Below, piece by piece: positions 11,690-25,400 of a stretch of 64,000 nt of DNA. Positions within the stretch are counted from its first letter, which is position 1. Each line of letters begins with the position of its first letter. The translations under genes and the position numbers were made by a program. The notes beneath the pieces were generated by a model. It saw nothing but the letters and a program-made list of their open reading frames with translations. It ran no database searches and was not told the DNA's origin. Origin of the DNA: Microbotryum violaceum (lineage: Eukaryota); NCBI GenBank assembly GCA_001244265.2, contig CDLV01000004.1:2356001-2420000 (forward strand), read 5' to 3'.

Positions 11690-11960
11690 CTATGTGGTAC
11701 CAAAGTTCCCATGAACGTGGTACAAGAATGACCTCGGATGTGATCCCAAAGTCCGCTCCGATGTGATCCCAAAATCGCCTCCGATGTGGGACCAGAGTCG
11801 CCTTCGGTGTGGGACCAGAGTCGCCTCCGATGTGGGACCAGAGTGCCTCCGACGTGGGCCCAAAAGCCGACCTTATGTGAGCCCAAAGTGACAAGCGAGT
11901 AGAGCGGTTATGTGTGCGTGCAAAACAAAAACGCGCCTCCGGCTGGGCTTTCGGGGGTCC
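11690..11960. repeat. ~23-bp tandem array (CTCCGATGTGGGACCAGAGTCGC-like) plus probable DNA-transposon terminus
   Basis: About 7 degenerate copies; ends in GCGCCTCCGGCTGGGCTTTCGGGGGTCC, which recurs near 53796-53823. Confidence 0.75.
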
Positions 11961-12436
11961 TATGTGACGAACGTGCACTAGGGCAGCGGAGACCGCACGT
12001 GGGCGGGCTCAGAGCCACTACTTATAAGTCGACTCGATGGCCTGGCAGACGACATGACCTTCCAGGGTAAATATTTCAACCCGAACAGTGGGAAAATACT
12101 GAAGAGGATGATGTGTAGTACATGAGGGTGTGTACATGGCTTTTAGACCAAGCCCAACTCTGCTCAACTTGAAGGACTAAGAGTACGGTGCGAACCCGTC
12201 CTGCCCCATTGTACCGGCAAATAAACTCGGCAAGTTGAAGGCGAATCGGGTCAGGTTCCACGGCCCCATTCACACGAATGGTCTGGTCGCGCGGCTGCAG
12301 TGAGCCACGTTGGTGATCTTGGAGAATCACGGAATTCGGCGCAGGCTGCGCGGCGGCCACAATTTGACCTTCGGCTTCAACCTCCGACTCTTTCTTTCAC
12401 TGTCTCGACTGACACAATATCCTTCGCGAGGCCACG

Positions 12437-15400
12437 ATGTCGCATGTTGCGAGTCGCATCATTTTGACTGGTTTCGCCGCGTCACTTTTCTTTGGCTACC
12501 AGCCTGTCAAGCATGGGCTCGATACTTACACCAAATCCTCGGTCGCGAGCGGCTATATCCTCTCACTCACCACGATGCTCGCGATCGTCTTCGAATTTGC
12601 TGGCCCGACGCACGTCGCCCTGCAATTCTGCTGGAACTGCTTTTTTAAATCTCTCGGAAAGAGCAAGGATCAAGAAGGACGTCTTTACGCGTTTTACTCT
12701 GGACAAGCGGATAGTGCGTCGACCCAAGCCTGTCACGGCAGGCCAATGGCAGCCTGAGCGGAGTAGCTGACGTCGGACCGTGGGCACTGAGCCATAAACC
12801 TTTGCCTTAATCCGCAGTCTATGACAAGACGCGCAACGCGCTTCTGCGTGGCCGTAGGACCATGCTGAAGCTTTCCGCCGCTCACCTTCGAGAACAACGC
12901 AAGAGCGATCCCTGCAAACGCCTCATCTGGCTGGATATCGGAGGCGGCACTGGTGAGCACATGGCCCGTGGCCCCTTTGTGCTCGTCAGAGGTTGGAACC
13001 TCACGTGCCCTGGCGCCGAAATTGACAAACTTCCTCAACCGTATGCATAGGGTGGAATGTAGAGGAAATGGACAAAGTAGGTGGAGCGCTGGGTGTCAGA
13101 CGACTTCTGCCCCGCCGATAGCTCCCGCACGTGCGAGCGTCGACCTCACCGGCTTCGGCCCCACCCCCACATACAAGCGCTATCTGCTCTCAGCTCGGCT
13201 CCTTCGACCACGTTGTTGTACGCTTGCTCATCGGCGGTTACTGACCCTTGTATTTTTGACACAGTACTTTTCAATCACCGACTTTGACGCGGTGTATGTC
13301 TTGGACCTTTGCGAACCCCTATTGACCGTTTCGCGTAAACGCTTTGAGGCCAGGGGATGGAAAAATGTGCATTGTCTCTTACAGGTGAGCGCTCCTGATC
13401 AGCTGGATAATGTCTGAAGCTAGGAGACATCGTTCGACCGCTGAAGTTACATGACAAACTTGGGATGCTACCGCATTCGTTTTGCCCGGCTGGGAAGACG
13501 GCGCGGCTCCGGAGGGTGCACTTGACTTCGTCACGATGTCCTACAGTCTATCAATGATGCGAAACATGTTGGCTCTCATTTATCGAGTCGATCGCTTCCT
13601 GAACCCTTCGGGATTGCTCTCCGTCTGCGATTTCTACGTCTCGGCTCGCGAGAAATCCTCACTGGCTGAGATCATTGGGGACGTCGCTTCGCGCCAGTGC
13701 TCCTGGCTTACGCGACTGTTCTGGCTTCATTGGTTTGAATTCGATCACGTCGACCTCCACCCGTCACGGCGCCAGTACCTCGAGCATTGTTTCGCAACAA
13801 TCAAATCATTCAATGGTCGCAACCACTTTGTCCTACCCTGGATCGTGCGGATGTGAGTCGCACTCTATGGGCCCATGGCCCGGGCCTGCATACCTGGTCC
13901 TGACTTTGGGGAGAGGCTCTACAATTAGCCCTTACTACGTCAACTTGATGACATCCCGTCGTGCCGACACATCGCGAGCCAACGTTGCTTACGAAGTCGA
14001 CGCAGGCAATACCATATCGACGTCTGCATCGCCACTCCTTGCTGCTGCACGACAGTCCAATGTCGATCTACCGGCGCTCAATATTGGCCTCGCGGCTCTG
14101 TCGCGTCGCAACTCCTCGCCGCAGCAACTTTGCCGATCCAAATCACAGGCGAGCGCGACCACTCGTATCGACGTGTCGCCCGTCAAGCAATTGAGCTCGT
14201 TTCACTACGGCAAAAGACAGTTCCGCGTGCCGTACCTGGATTCTCCGGTGCACAAAGAATTCCGAACCTGGATCTATGGGTTCACAGTCAGCGCCTCTGG
14301 CTATTTGCCTTTGGCCCCACAAGCAGTTGCTGAGGATCGTTTGCGTTTCGTTCTCATCTTGCAGTGGGAAGACCCGGCCGTGGATATGAAGTACTTGAAG
14401 CCAACAAAGGACGATTCCATCCTGTGCATCACCTCGGCCGGAGACAATGCATTGCACTGTAAGTTCATCTTCAACGGTGGTGAAGAATCTCCCTCAAGAA
14501 CTAAGTTCTCGACCCGAACGGCAGACGCTATCGCTGGGGAACCGGGTCAACAACCAAGGCGTATCCACGCCGTAGACATGAACCCTTGCCAGGGTCACCT
14601 GCTGGAGCTCAAGCTCGCCTCATTCTGCGCTCTGGATTATGAGGACCATTGGAAAGTAAGTGTCTTCCGGCGGCGTTGCTGTAACAGGCAGGCTACCAGC
14701 ACAAGCCAAGGTTATGGATACTTAACCTTAAATGTTTACGTCGATTTGCACGGGGATTGATTAGCTTTTCGGTGAAGGAACGCACCCCCAATTTCGCGAA
14801 CTGCTCGACACCAAGCTTTCACCGTTCTTGCCTCCCACGCGTACCAATTCTGGCGCAAAAACGACCGTGCGTTTGCATCCTCTTTCTACCTCCGGGGCTA
14901 CTCTGGCTGGGCCCTCCGGCTGGCCAAGGTCGCGCTCAAGATCGGGGGTTGTCCAAGGAAGTGGACGCGTTCGTCTCGGCGACCACACAAGCGGAACAGA
15001 AGAAGATTTGGGAAGACAAGTTTAGACCGGTTCTGCTCAGCAAATTCATCACCAAGCTCTTTCTGTCGAACTCTGCTTTCCTATGGAATGCGCTGGGTGA
15101 GTTCTCGAGAACCGGAGGCTCGGTCCCACTGAAGCCGGCAGAGCAAGTACAAGCGCTAACTGCTGCGCGGACGACAACGCTCCACTGTCAGGTGTTCCGA
15201 CTAACCAAGTTCAAGTGTTCCTATCCGAGACAACAACCGAACAGTTTGCAATCGATACTCTCGACCCTGTGGCCCACAGCACCCACATCGCATCAGGAGC
15301 GTACCATTACCAGGTCTGCCTGACGCAGAGATACACTCATGACTCCTGGCAAGTCACAAGTTCCCCGGCCTTTGCGAAGATTTCTCCCCATCGCCGAGTG

Positions 15401-16030
15401 GCAAGTTCTTACCGAGGTTTGCACCTTGCTCTTCACAGCCCAGAATACCTTACGCGAGCTGGTTTTGAGGCACTCAAGAAAGACAACGGGGCGAGACTGG
15501 ATTCTTTCCGTCTTCACACCGATTCCATCATCAATGTTAGAACAAGAATGTGCCGAGTGCGCCCGATAAGGCTTATCGCAGCTTACCTGATTCCGCAACC
15601 GATTATGCATCTGCTTGGCAGGTGATGAAACGACTTGGAAGTAACTCGCTGACTATTGCGATCATTATGGACCTGCAAGATTGGTTCCGCAACTCGCTGG
15701 GCGACTCGGACGAAACAGTCAGATCTAATCCTTGCGATTTGACTTTAACGATCCGCGCCCTCCGCAACGCACTTGCTCCTGGCGGTCGAGTTTTCTGGCG
15801 CAGTGCCGGTCTTGAGCCGTGGTACATCGCTCTCTACAAGCGCGAGGGCTTCAGAGTCGAGTCAGTGTTTTTCCTGATCACTTCGTTGACAATCCTACTA
15901 TGACCGAACGCTGATGCCAAAATTTTCCGTCATTGCTGTACAGATGCATCCACCAACGGGAGATAGGATCCAAGACCCGATAGATCGGGTCAATATGTAC
16001 GCATCATTCTATGTCGCGTACAAACTCTAG
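12437..16030 (+). CDS. BTA1: Betaine lipid (DGTS) synthase, BtaB methyltransferase + BtaA fusion, multi-exon
   Basis: FYSGQAD, YDKTR, WLDIGGGTG, LDLCEPL, FTWEDPAVD, CITSAGDNAL, AVDMNPCQGHLLELKLA, VFWRSAG, IDRVNMYASFY; apparent 1-bp deletions near 14835 and 14947. Confidence 0.93.
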
Positions 16031-16112
16031 GAAACGTCGGGGCACCGGTACAGGATCTAGATGGCGCTGAGCTGAGACTATGATTTCAGCCTTCGTGGTG
16101 TGGGTCCGACCT

Positions 16113-17586
16113 CTATCGTATTTTGTTATGCAATTCAAGTTCGTCTGCCTTCTGTGTTGGGGCGTCCGCCGTTCGCTTCGAGCGTTGCGCAAGAGATACT
16201 GCTGCGGGTCCTGCGGCATCCGACGCAATGATGACATGCTTGAACACACATTGTGTCGCCTCGAGCCTCTCCAGAAACATCTGCGCAAATCCTGAATTTG
16301 TCCAAAGACTCCCTCCCAAAGTCAAGACTGTGCGGTGCAGGTCGAGTCGGAGCTGATCGACAAAGCGCAGAACCACGTCGATCAAGTGGGCCTGGGCCTC
16401 CGCCAGAATGCCCAAAGCGGTTCTCTTTGACTCTACGCATTCAACAATCGCAGGAAAGGCATGTTCTAGAACGATGCGCGCTGAATCGGCGATCCAAATT
16501 TTGCGCCGTGACTCCGTTTCGTGGGAAGCTTGAGGCGTCGAACAATGCGAATAGATGCGGTCGATCAGACCTTCTGAGGTGGTGGCTCCAAAGTAGCGTA
16601 ATATAGCCCCAAACATCAGACAGGTTCGAGGTGTTTTTGGCGGTGTTGGGCCCTTGCCTGCGGACGCCATATATAGCTCGTCAAAGTAAGAAAGAACCGA
16701 GCGAATACCGAGTCGGCCGATGGAATAGGCGGAACCTTCATCTCCCAAGACGGGGCCCCAGCCACCCCTACAGGCCACAAGCTTTGGTTCGCGTGTGGTG
16801 GGATGTATGCGGAATGCGAGTGATACGGAGCCCGTGCCTGCGCACATCACCACCGTGGCGTCAACGTGGGGAAGACTGGTTGACGCAGCGGCGAAGAGGT
16901 GCCCATCTGAAGCAAAGACGCACATAAAGTCTCAGGTCAGCGTCAATGCACAAATCCATCGCCAGGATCATTAAAATCTGGTGTACTCGCCATTCGTCAA
17001 AATCAAATCTGTGGTGGCCATACGAAGCGCTTGACGGAGCAAGTCCTCAAAGTCGGATCCCTGCGTTCGCGAGTCCACGCCAGCCACGCCCACCCATGCC
17101 TTGGCGAAGCAGTGTCCCATCAAAGAGGACTGCTCTTGATCAGTATCCGATGTGAGGCTAGGGACAGCGTCAGGGGTCCGACCTTGCGGACCCGGGCGAG
17201 TCTCGTCACCGGAAAGCGGCACGAGAGTCAGAGCGGCATTGACGGCTTGGAGAATTCGTGTGACCGCAACCGGAGCCGTCACGCTCTTGCTGATCGGAGG
17301 AGACATTGGTTCCGATAGCCGAGGAGTCAGTCTCCACTGTTCCAAGTTATTCGGAAACGCGGCTCAACTCTGAAATGCCCACTGACACATTGCATGGACC
17401 TGCCGAAGCTCGCGCCAATTCGACGCCAGCATGCGATGCGATCACGGCTCGTACGCCGGAACCACCGCCATCGACGGCTAGAAAGAGTGGCGGGTAACGG
17501 TTGAGAGGTGCCGGATGAGATTGTGGATGCGGATGCGGTTGAGTTGAGGAGTTTGACGGTGTCGGCTGATTCAAAGATCCCAGCAT
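16113..17586 (-). CDS. BadF/BadG/BcrA/BcrD-family (N-acetylglucosamine kinase-like) sugar kinase
   Basis: LAVDGGGSGVRAVI...GPCN, WVGVAGVD, LTN/DGHL, AGTGS, GGWGPVLGDEGSAY; at least two introns. Confidence 0.88.
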
Positions 17587-18284
17587 TGAGTGCCTTGGAC
17601 CCCTCTTCGTCGCTTGACGAACTGTCGAACTGTCGAATCGCCGTTCAACGTTCAACGTTCAATCACCAGCCGCAAGAAGCCGTGTGATTAGCCGGCAACA
17701 GCCGATGAGCAGACCACGGTCACACCTTCACGCGACAAGGACCTTAGTCAAGACAGGACCCTGTCCGTGTCCTCCGCCCAAGTGTTCACTGGTAGCTGAA
17801 GCCCGAAGAAACGGCGTGCGAAAGGGCGATTGAGGTGAATTCGAGATGGGGAACGGGGTGGTGGGCGCAGAAGTGACTTATAATAAGGGAGCGCGAGCTA
17901 ATAGCTAATAGCAGGAGCTAGCGCGAGTGTCCTTTGGTACACTAATTACACTATAGTGCACGAGTGTGCTCTTCTTTGCCCTCTTGTGTCCTCGCCTCTG
18001 ATATCGATCTATCTACCCAGACGACATCGACCTGGGCCCACGTCGTCCTTTTCCAGCGGCTCAGGTTCTGGATCTGCAACGTGGCGTCGTCTCGATCAAA
18101 GACAGTTGCTAAGCTACCGACACGTGACAGAGTCCTCCCCACTCATGCCCGCCGGCAGCTTCGACCTCTGAGCGCTCCGAGTTCTGATCGTCGGCGGAGA
18201 CGCCACGGAGTTCAACCGCCAGCACGGGACGACGCCGACCCCGACACGGCTACAACGGACGGTCGTACCCTCCCGTACGGAGAG

Positions 18285-20351
18285 ATGTCCCACGTTCATA
18301 ATCCGTATGCGGACGGGCCACCGGATTATTCCCAGCTGGCGCAGGATGTACCCTATTTTGCACCTTTGTACGTTCATGCCCTTGCGGCAGCTCTCAGGCT
18401 CGCTCAGCTCACAGCGCTAGGTCTCCGATAGCCTACGAAAGAACCCATACGGGGGCTCGACCATCGATTACAAAGATGAGAACGCTTTGAGGTATGCTCT
18501 CGTACCTCCAACGCAGCCTTTTTCCGCTCGGCCTGTGCATCCCACTTACCCCACGCCGACGCGCCGCGCAGAGCGCTGAGTTCAGCACTGCTTGAACGCG
18601 ACTTCGGACTCCGATTGAGCTACCCAGAGACCGACTCTGCCCGATCGTGAGTTGCACCTGCTGGAAGAACTTCCCGTTTCAAGGCAGCGCCGCTGAAATT
18701 ATGGCACATGGGTGTCAATTCCTGTGCTTCGACTCTCAGGTGCCGGGCCGGTGAGTTTGCGAACTATCTTGCGCTCGTGCGCCCCACTTGGCACAGCACC
18801 CCCTCCCCCACATCCTCCATGTTGGCACCTGATTGATTACGCCTGACTCGCATCTTGCCCCCGTCCCGAAAAACACCCAGAGTCGAATACGTTACCTTCA
18901 TTCTCAGACTGGTCCATCTCAATCCACAAAGGTCGTCACATGTTCGCGGCCTCGACGTGTTCGTAGATCCTGGAGAGAGAATCTGTCCCATCGAGGCCAT
19001 GCCGTGCGAGCACTGACAGCTTCCCGTCTTGCAGTGGCACAGGTGCTTCCGCAATCTATGCTCTACTCGTTGCCAAGATGCAAGCGGATGCCTTCGTATA
19101 CGGATCAGAGGTCGACGAACACTCGCAATCTTGTGCCATACGCAATGTCAATGCGAACAACTTGACCGCACGGGTTCAAGTCGTTTGTTCGACTCGTGAG
19201 GAGGACCCTTTATTTCCAAAGGAAACCTGGGCGGATAATGAGCTCGACTTCACAATGTGTAATCCACCATTTTACGAAAGCGAGGTCGAGATCAGAGCTT
19301 TGGCGACGGAGAAGGACGGACAACCGAGTGCGGTGAGTACAGATGCTGCTACCCGAAAGGTCGACGTGCTGCACGCTGATTCATCTCGGGCTTCGACAGG
19401 TCTGCACCGGCGCCTCCAACGAGATGGTAACCAAGGGCGGCGAGATCGAATTCGTTGGGAGGATGATCGAAGAGAGCGTCCGGCTTGGCAGCCATATTCG
19501 GTAGGCGGAGAAACGGTTGTTCCATGGGCAGGACCTTGATCGAGAGAAGCGTTTGCTGATGAAACACACATGTCAATTCACAGACTGTTCTCGTCGTTAC
19601 TTGGGAAGTTTTCCAGCTTGAGTCCATTAATCGCCAAGTTGAAAACCCACAAAGTGCGTCCACTGCCACCGCGGGACCCAAAATCTCCTTTCGAATGCGG
19701 TGCTGAGTCTTCTCCATAAACTGAACTCACAGATCAGTAATTACATCGTCCACGCGCTCTCCTCGGGTCGAACAACTCGTCATATACTCGTCTGGTCACT
19801 CGGGCTTGGCGTATACCTCAGGTATGCTACCGTCCCCTGCCGTCCCCTGCCCCTACAGCTCCTGCTTCTGAATTTGGCTGCTGACGAGGGGCAAATATTC
19901 TTGGGCCGCGGGTATGCAGTCGCTCGCGCAAATTACACCGTTCATGACCAAGTTCTCCCTTCCGGTGAACTCCGCCACGTTTCGTGCTCCGTCAGGAATG
20001 GAAGCCCCGACTCTTTTTAATCTTGTCTGTACCATTCTAAACTCGCTAGATGGCGTCACGACCTCCCGTTCTGCACCAGGCGTGATTCAAATGAGAGCGG
20101 CGTGCAACTCTTGGTCCCGCTCGGCTCGTCGGATGGCGCGAAACCCCACTCAGACAGGTATCGCCGGCCAAAACACCGCTGGAACAGGTGGCAATCAGAT
20201 CGAAGCCAGTTTTACGGCTCTACAGGATGATGGAGAAGATGCCGGGTGCTCGTTGCGAGGCGAGTGGACCCAAGGCTCGGAGCAAGTCAGAGCCGACTGG
20301 CTTAAACTGTGGGCTCATGTCACGCGCAAGATATCAGACCATAGGCCTTAG
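18285..20351 (+). CDS. METTL16: METTL16/RlmF-family RNA m6A methyltransferase, multi-exon
   Basis: HNPYADGPPDY, RDFGL..LPRDRLCP/VPGR, GLDVGTGASAIY, FTMCNPPFY, GGEIEFVGRMI; apparent 1-bp deletion near 18614. Confidence 0.9.
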
Positions 20352-20460
20352 AGGGCCCACGTCTCATGCGCATACGACGCGACACATGCACGTCATTGTT
20401 ACAACATCGGAAGGCGTCAACGTACATTATGCTGGTATAGCGCACAGTCCCCTGGCAGGT

Positions 20461-22062
20461 TCAAATGCCGATCGAAACTGGAGGGAGGGTCTCCCCGTTT
20501 GGCAGCGCTTTCCGTTTCTTCGATCTCGCAATTGCCCCACTGTTCGCTGGTCTTGCACCGAATCCAAATCGTTTCAAGGTCGCCATGGGGAACTTGGTCC
20601 GACACGTCCCGCAAACCGGCACCGGCGCGCAAAAGATCGATAGGCACACGGAGCACACGTAGCCGACATCAACAATTTTGCGGTGGCACAAGCATGCCGC
20701 GCGGAGATCAACGTGATCTTGTGTCGGCTGATTTAGATGCTTGCGAGCCGATGGGCCAGGCAGGAAGGTCATCTGTGGAGGTTCGCTTCCGTGCTGAGTG
20801 AGCTCGCAGTCCGAATTTGGATAGAGCGAAGGTGCGACGAGTTTTGCAGCGATACACGCACAATGAGGTATTGCAAGAGGCCCCGTCGCTGAGCGATCTT
20901 GAAATACGATCCGCCTGTGAGGTGGCAGGCTTGTTGTAGAAAAACCGCATCTCGGCCAAAGATTTTGCAGACATCAATGGGAATACTCTAGAGACGGCAA
21001 AATGTGTCCCACGGGCTTGCGCATTAGGTACGGGGAAACTGGGACGCAATACGAACCGTCCGCTCAACAATTGAATCACTGACATTCTTTTGTGCGGTGA
21101 AGATGCAATTCATAGTCGAGACGTATTGCGTTGAGGCGTCATCGGTCACGCTAAGAACCAGGATCCGTGGTCGAGGCTTGTTCAGGTTCGGCGTAAGTGT
21201 CGAGGCCGAGTTCAGTCGATTCACATCTGTGAGGACGGAAGATAACTGAGGAAGTTCAGCTCCACCGTAACTGTATGCGAATCGTGGAAGGAATGCCGAA
21301 AACAACGCACGACACAGCACCATTGCGAGGGCGCCGACCATGTCGACATCCGCTGGGATCGACGTGGGCCACTTGTCAGCGAGATGGCCCCAATCTTGCC
21401 TGTGGACCGCCGATGGCCTGATGAAAAAGAGCACGCACCTTTCCCAACGTTATCGTCCGACTGCTCGGCCATCATATCCCTCACACCGTTTGTGGTACCC
21501 TCGTTGACGATCCTGAACTGCTGATAGGTGTTGGCATCTCTCGCGGATGAGAGTGGCTCGATGGAAGGTGCAGCCGAAGGTGCGAGAGAGGACGAGTAGA
21601 GCAATTTCCTAGTTCAAGGAACGGTGTCCAATAGAACAGAACAAGTCACTTCGTTTGCATCGTGCCCTGCCCGGGGCATCGGCGGCCGAGTCGGTGGCTG
21701 CTTGGGCTCGACCAGGCTGAAGCGAGGACTGACGACATCGAATGTCCCGCTCCGAATACGGCGATCTGGTTCTCATGGCGCAACGCAAGATGGGCATTGG
21801 CAAAGATGAGCACCTGATCCAAAGCCTGTTCGAGTGAGAGTTGATCGTGAGTCTGTGGATCGGCGACCGACGACAGCGACCAAGCCAGTGGATTCAAATC
21901 GAGCTGTGGGGCGAGGGCGATCACGCGAGGGCAAGGTCCACGTCAACGAAGGGCATCACTCAGCAAACACAGCAGCAGGCACGGTAGCAACAGTGGAGGC
22001 AGAAGCGCACTGACAACCACACAAAGCAGGTACCCAGCATCGCCACCCGCTGCGTCCGTCAT
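20461..22062 (-). CDS. TFB4: TFIIH subunit Tfb4/p34, multi-exon
   Basis: LDLNP, IFANAHLA, PRILVLSV...QYVSTMNCIFTAQK, VDLRAACLCHRKIVDVGYVCSVCLSIFC...CGTC. Confidence 0.95.
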
Positions 22063-22421
22063 TGTAGCACACTACAGCTAGCGGGGAACGAACAGGAGCG
22101 AAGCTAAGTCGCTAAGACCACCACTCAAGTCCGGCCTGCCTACTTCTCGTCTGTTCTCGTTCCATCGCTTTGCGGCCGCAAGTGTAATGTAATTCAAACA
22201 GGACACTAACGAACTACTTGGTACTCATATTTTACACATTGATATGGACATACTGAAGAAATACGACAGCCGATTCCGTGTAATTATGTGATAAGGTCTC
22301 AGTATATAATAGCGAGTACTGGGCGCGAAGCGGGGTGGCGGATGCGAGAGCGACAAGATTGTCTAACTTGAACTTGAAGCGACATGCTCGCTGCTCCATG
22401 TTGTGGCAAGCGCATATACTT

Positions 22422-25400
22422 CTAAGCGTCAAGCTTGGCGAACAAGACAGGAGTCGGCTGACCCGTCGTGGTCGACTCTTCCAGGTCTTCCAAAGCGATT
22501 TGCAAGTCCGAGTCGTTCCCAATCAGGATCGGTCCCCGTCTTCGTCCTCGTAGCGAAGTCGCAGACCGGTGCTGTCCTGAATCGCGTGACCGCAGAGACG
22601 TAGTTTCTTGAGCACCTTGTCCAGGAGCTCACGGTGCGAGATCCGGCCCGAAGCTACAACTATGAACGTGTCGTTCCCAAAGTTGATTTTAAATCGGAAC
22701 ATCGTCGAAGAAATGGCTCTCCCGAGGGATATGTCTCGTGCTGGGCCGAGAATTGTAAGGCGACGAAGGTGACGGCAAATGCCCGTTCGTTGCGGGCTGA
22801 CTTGTTGACATGCTCGAGGTCGCTGAGGAGCGACCGGTACCGATACTGGATGAGCTGAACCGTTTCAGGTTCGATGAGGTCGCCGAGGATTGGAACGCCA
22901 GCGTCGCACCCGAGTTCGTGCCTCCTGGCTTGTAACCGCCCATCACTTTGGCCGAAGTAAGCTCTTTGACCGGACTCGGCTTACTTGCGTAGGGATGGGT
23001 GGCGCGGTGTTGATCGCCACCGCGCACGGACCACTCTGAATCCAAGATCTGTGGCAAGCTGTCGCCTAAAATTGATTTGGTGGATTCTAAGGGACTGCTT
23101 GCGGAGCGTGTTCGAGCCAGAACCGGTCCTCGAGGTGGCGAAGGCTGAGTCATAGCGTTCGAGGGCTTCACCTGCTCGATGGGAGATCCGGCGCCGTGAG
23201 CTGGCGTATGGGTCCCGCTGGTGAACTTTGACCGAGTGAACTTTGCAGGAGACGCTATGCGCTCGTCACTGGCGTTCGGTCGCAGTCGTTGCACTCTTCC
23301 ACGCGCATCGATCGGAATCGATCGAATGCTGCCGGAAGCATGTCGCGTAAGGCCGGCATACAATGTGCTGTTCGGCGTCGATCGGCCAGATTCGGAGATG
23401 AACTCTGAGTCGTCCCAGTTGCTGCTGCTGGGTCCTGCGCTCGGGAGCATTGAGCCGTGCCAAGCATACGACGAGGACATGCCGTCGCCCTGGAAGCTGG
23501 ACAAGGAAGGGGTCGTTGACATCTCCGATCTTCGACTTGCCGACAGATGGTTTGTACGACGGCGGGTCACCACTTCGTCCACGGCCTTGGCGACCGATTT
23601 CTCCCAATGCTTGAGCACGTCCTCACTTCGACATTTGATGGTAAACGCCTCTTCACCCACATCGCCCCGCCATCGGATCTCGAGAAGGTTTTGAGCTAGG
23701 GCGTCGAACAAGCCAGACGCCCGGGAATAGTGAGCAAGGTGGGGACAGGAGACTTGGGGCTCTCGAAGACTCACATGTGCGATGCGTCGCCGTTATACCT
23801 GTCACATTGTGCACGAAAATGCGACCCTTCAACACCAAACCAGGGACCTTGTGACTCCCCGTCTTGCCCTTGACGGACCCAGCCCTCCCACTTCTCCTAC
23901 CCACAGGAGCAGCCTCTTTGCAGTACAGGATGATGCGTTCAAAGAGGTACACGAAGTACTCGCGCTCCGAATCATTCTTTTGAACATTGAAGACGTCGTG
24001 AAGCAGAAGCTCGCCGAACGAGTCGATGTCGTGCCCCTTCCAATCTTCGACTCATTTTCTGAGATCCACCACAGCTTGATGATTTTCTTCGCGACGTTTC
24101 ATCTCGTTGACTCGGTCCGTCACTCGCATGATGGCAGCATGCCCCGCCTTGAGCTCTCCATGATAGGGCGACTCTTCGGGCGTGTTCTTGAGAAGCGACT
24201 GCGCAAACCATTGAATACCGATCTCAGTCAGGTGAGAAACGGCCCTCGAGCTCAGCTTAACGTCCAAATCCTGACACACACCAATAAGCAGAGGATATTT
24301 GCATATTCGCTGAACGGGTTTGATAAGGAGCGGTGCCAACTCCGAAATGGGATCGAGCACATGCGCCAACCGCTGCAAGGGATCGGGACGAATTGCTTCA
24401 GTCACCCAGTGCTGGCCCTTCACACTTCCCGAACCAGCTCACCGAAAGGGCTGCATTTTCTGCCATCGCCAACTCTTGCGCAGAAGTCAGGTTGGCACAA
24501 TACGGCTCGTAGATATAAAAGTGCTCCTCCTAGGGGGAGGGGAAAGAACGGCTCGAGGCATCAGGGCGTAGTCATCTCGCAAGAGACGCTAGGGGCGTAG
24601 GTCATGTACCATTTGCAAGAACAAGTTCCCAAAGCGTTGCTCCTCTGGCGGCCGCGAGGCATTTGCCTCTACACCGATCAGTACTCGGCGTTGGAAATCT
24701 GCCAGTGTGTTGAGGTTGAGGAAGAGCGCGTGCACTTGATCTTGCGATAGAACCTCATTCGCTTGAACTTGTCGTTGGTAATCCTGCACGAGCACAGCCC
24801 CCAGGGGTATCGTACAACCTTAGATAAATAAGCGGCTCGAGGAAATGGCTTCCCACTCCACAAGACTCACCTGTAGCACCTCCAGATCCTAAACATATTT
24901 CCGTTCCGAGTCCAAGATCTCGCGCACGATCATTGTTCGCTCGTCGGAAGGCCCACTAGTCGGCTTCACCGGATCAGACTCGGCAACAGGCTCAAGAAGG
25001 GCCCCTTGTATCTGAAGCATATCGAGCAGCAAGTTTACGGTATGGATGACCAGCGAATTGGGGAAGCCGCTATGAGTAGGCGCCTTCCGACAGCTTGGCA
25101 AAGCAGTCTGCTCAGAAACTCACCTTGACAACCCCGTTCGTGTCCTGTCCGTACAGCTCGTGAATTGCAAAAAGCTGGCCGTCGGGCCACTTGAGATCTT
25201 GCTTACACGCCATGATGAAATGAGCGGTCCCCCGCTGGCACGCTTTGAGATTTGGGATCGTCGCTTTCGGATTGATGTCCAGTTGGTGGTCGAGGCCGAG
25301 AGCATTGAAGAGGAAGCATAGGGAGGATCCAAGACGCAATGTGTGAAGAGATCGTGATACGGGATCGCTTGAAAGTCCGAGCACCGCTTCGGCTTCCGCC

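Noticed and set aside
11690-11890. CRISPR-like repeat array
   Set aside because: Units are contiguous without unique spacers; eukaryotic context; no cas genes
23221-24600. Long antisense ORFs over CDC24 (and similar ones over TEs)
   Set aside because: Shadow ORFs of GC-rich coding sequence with no recognisable motifs
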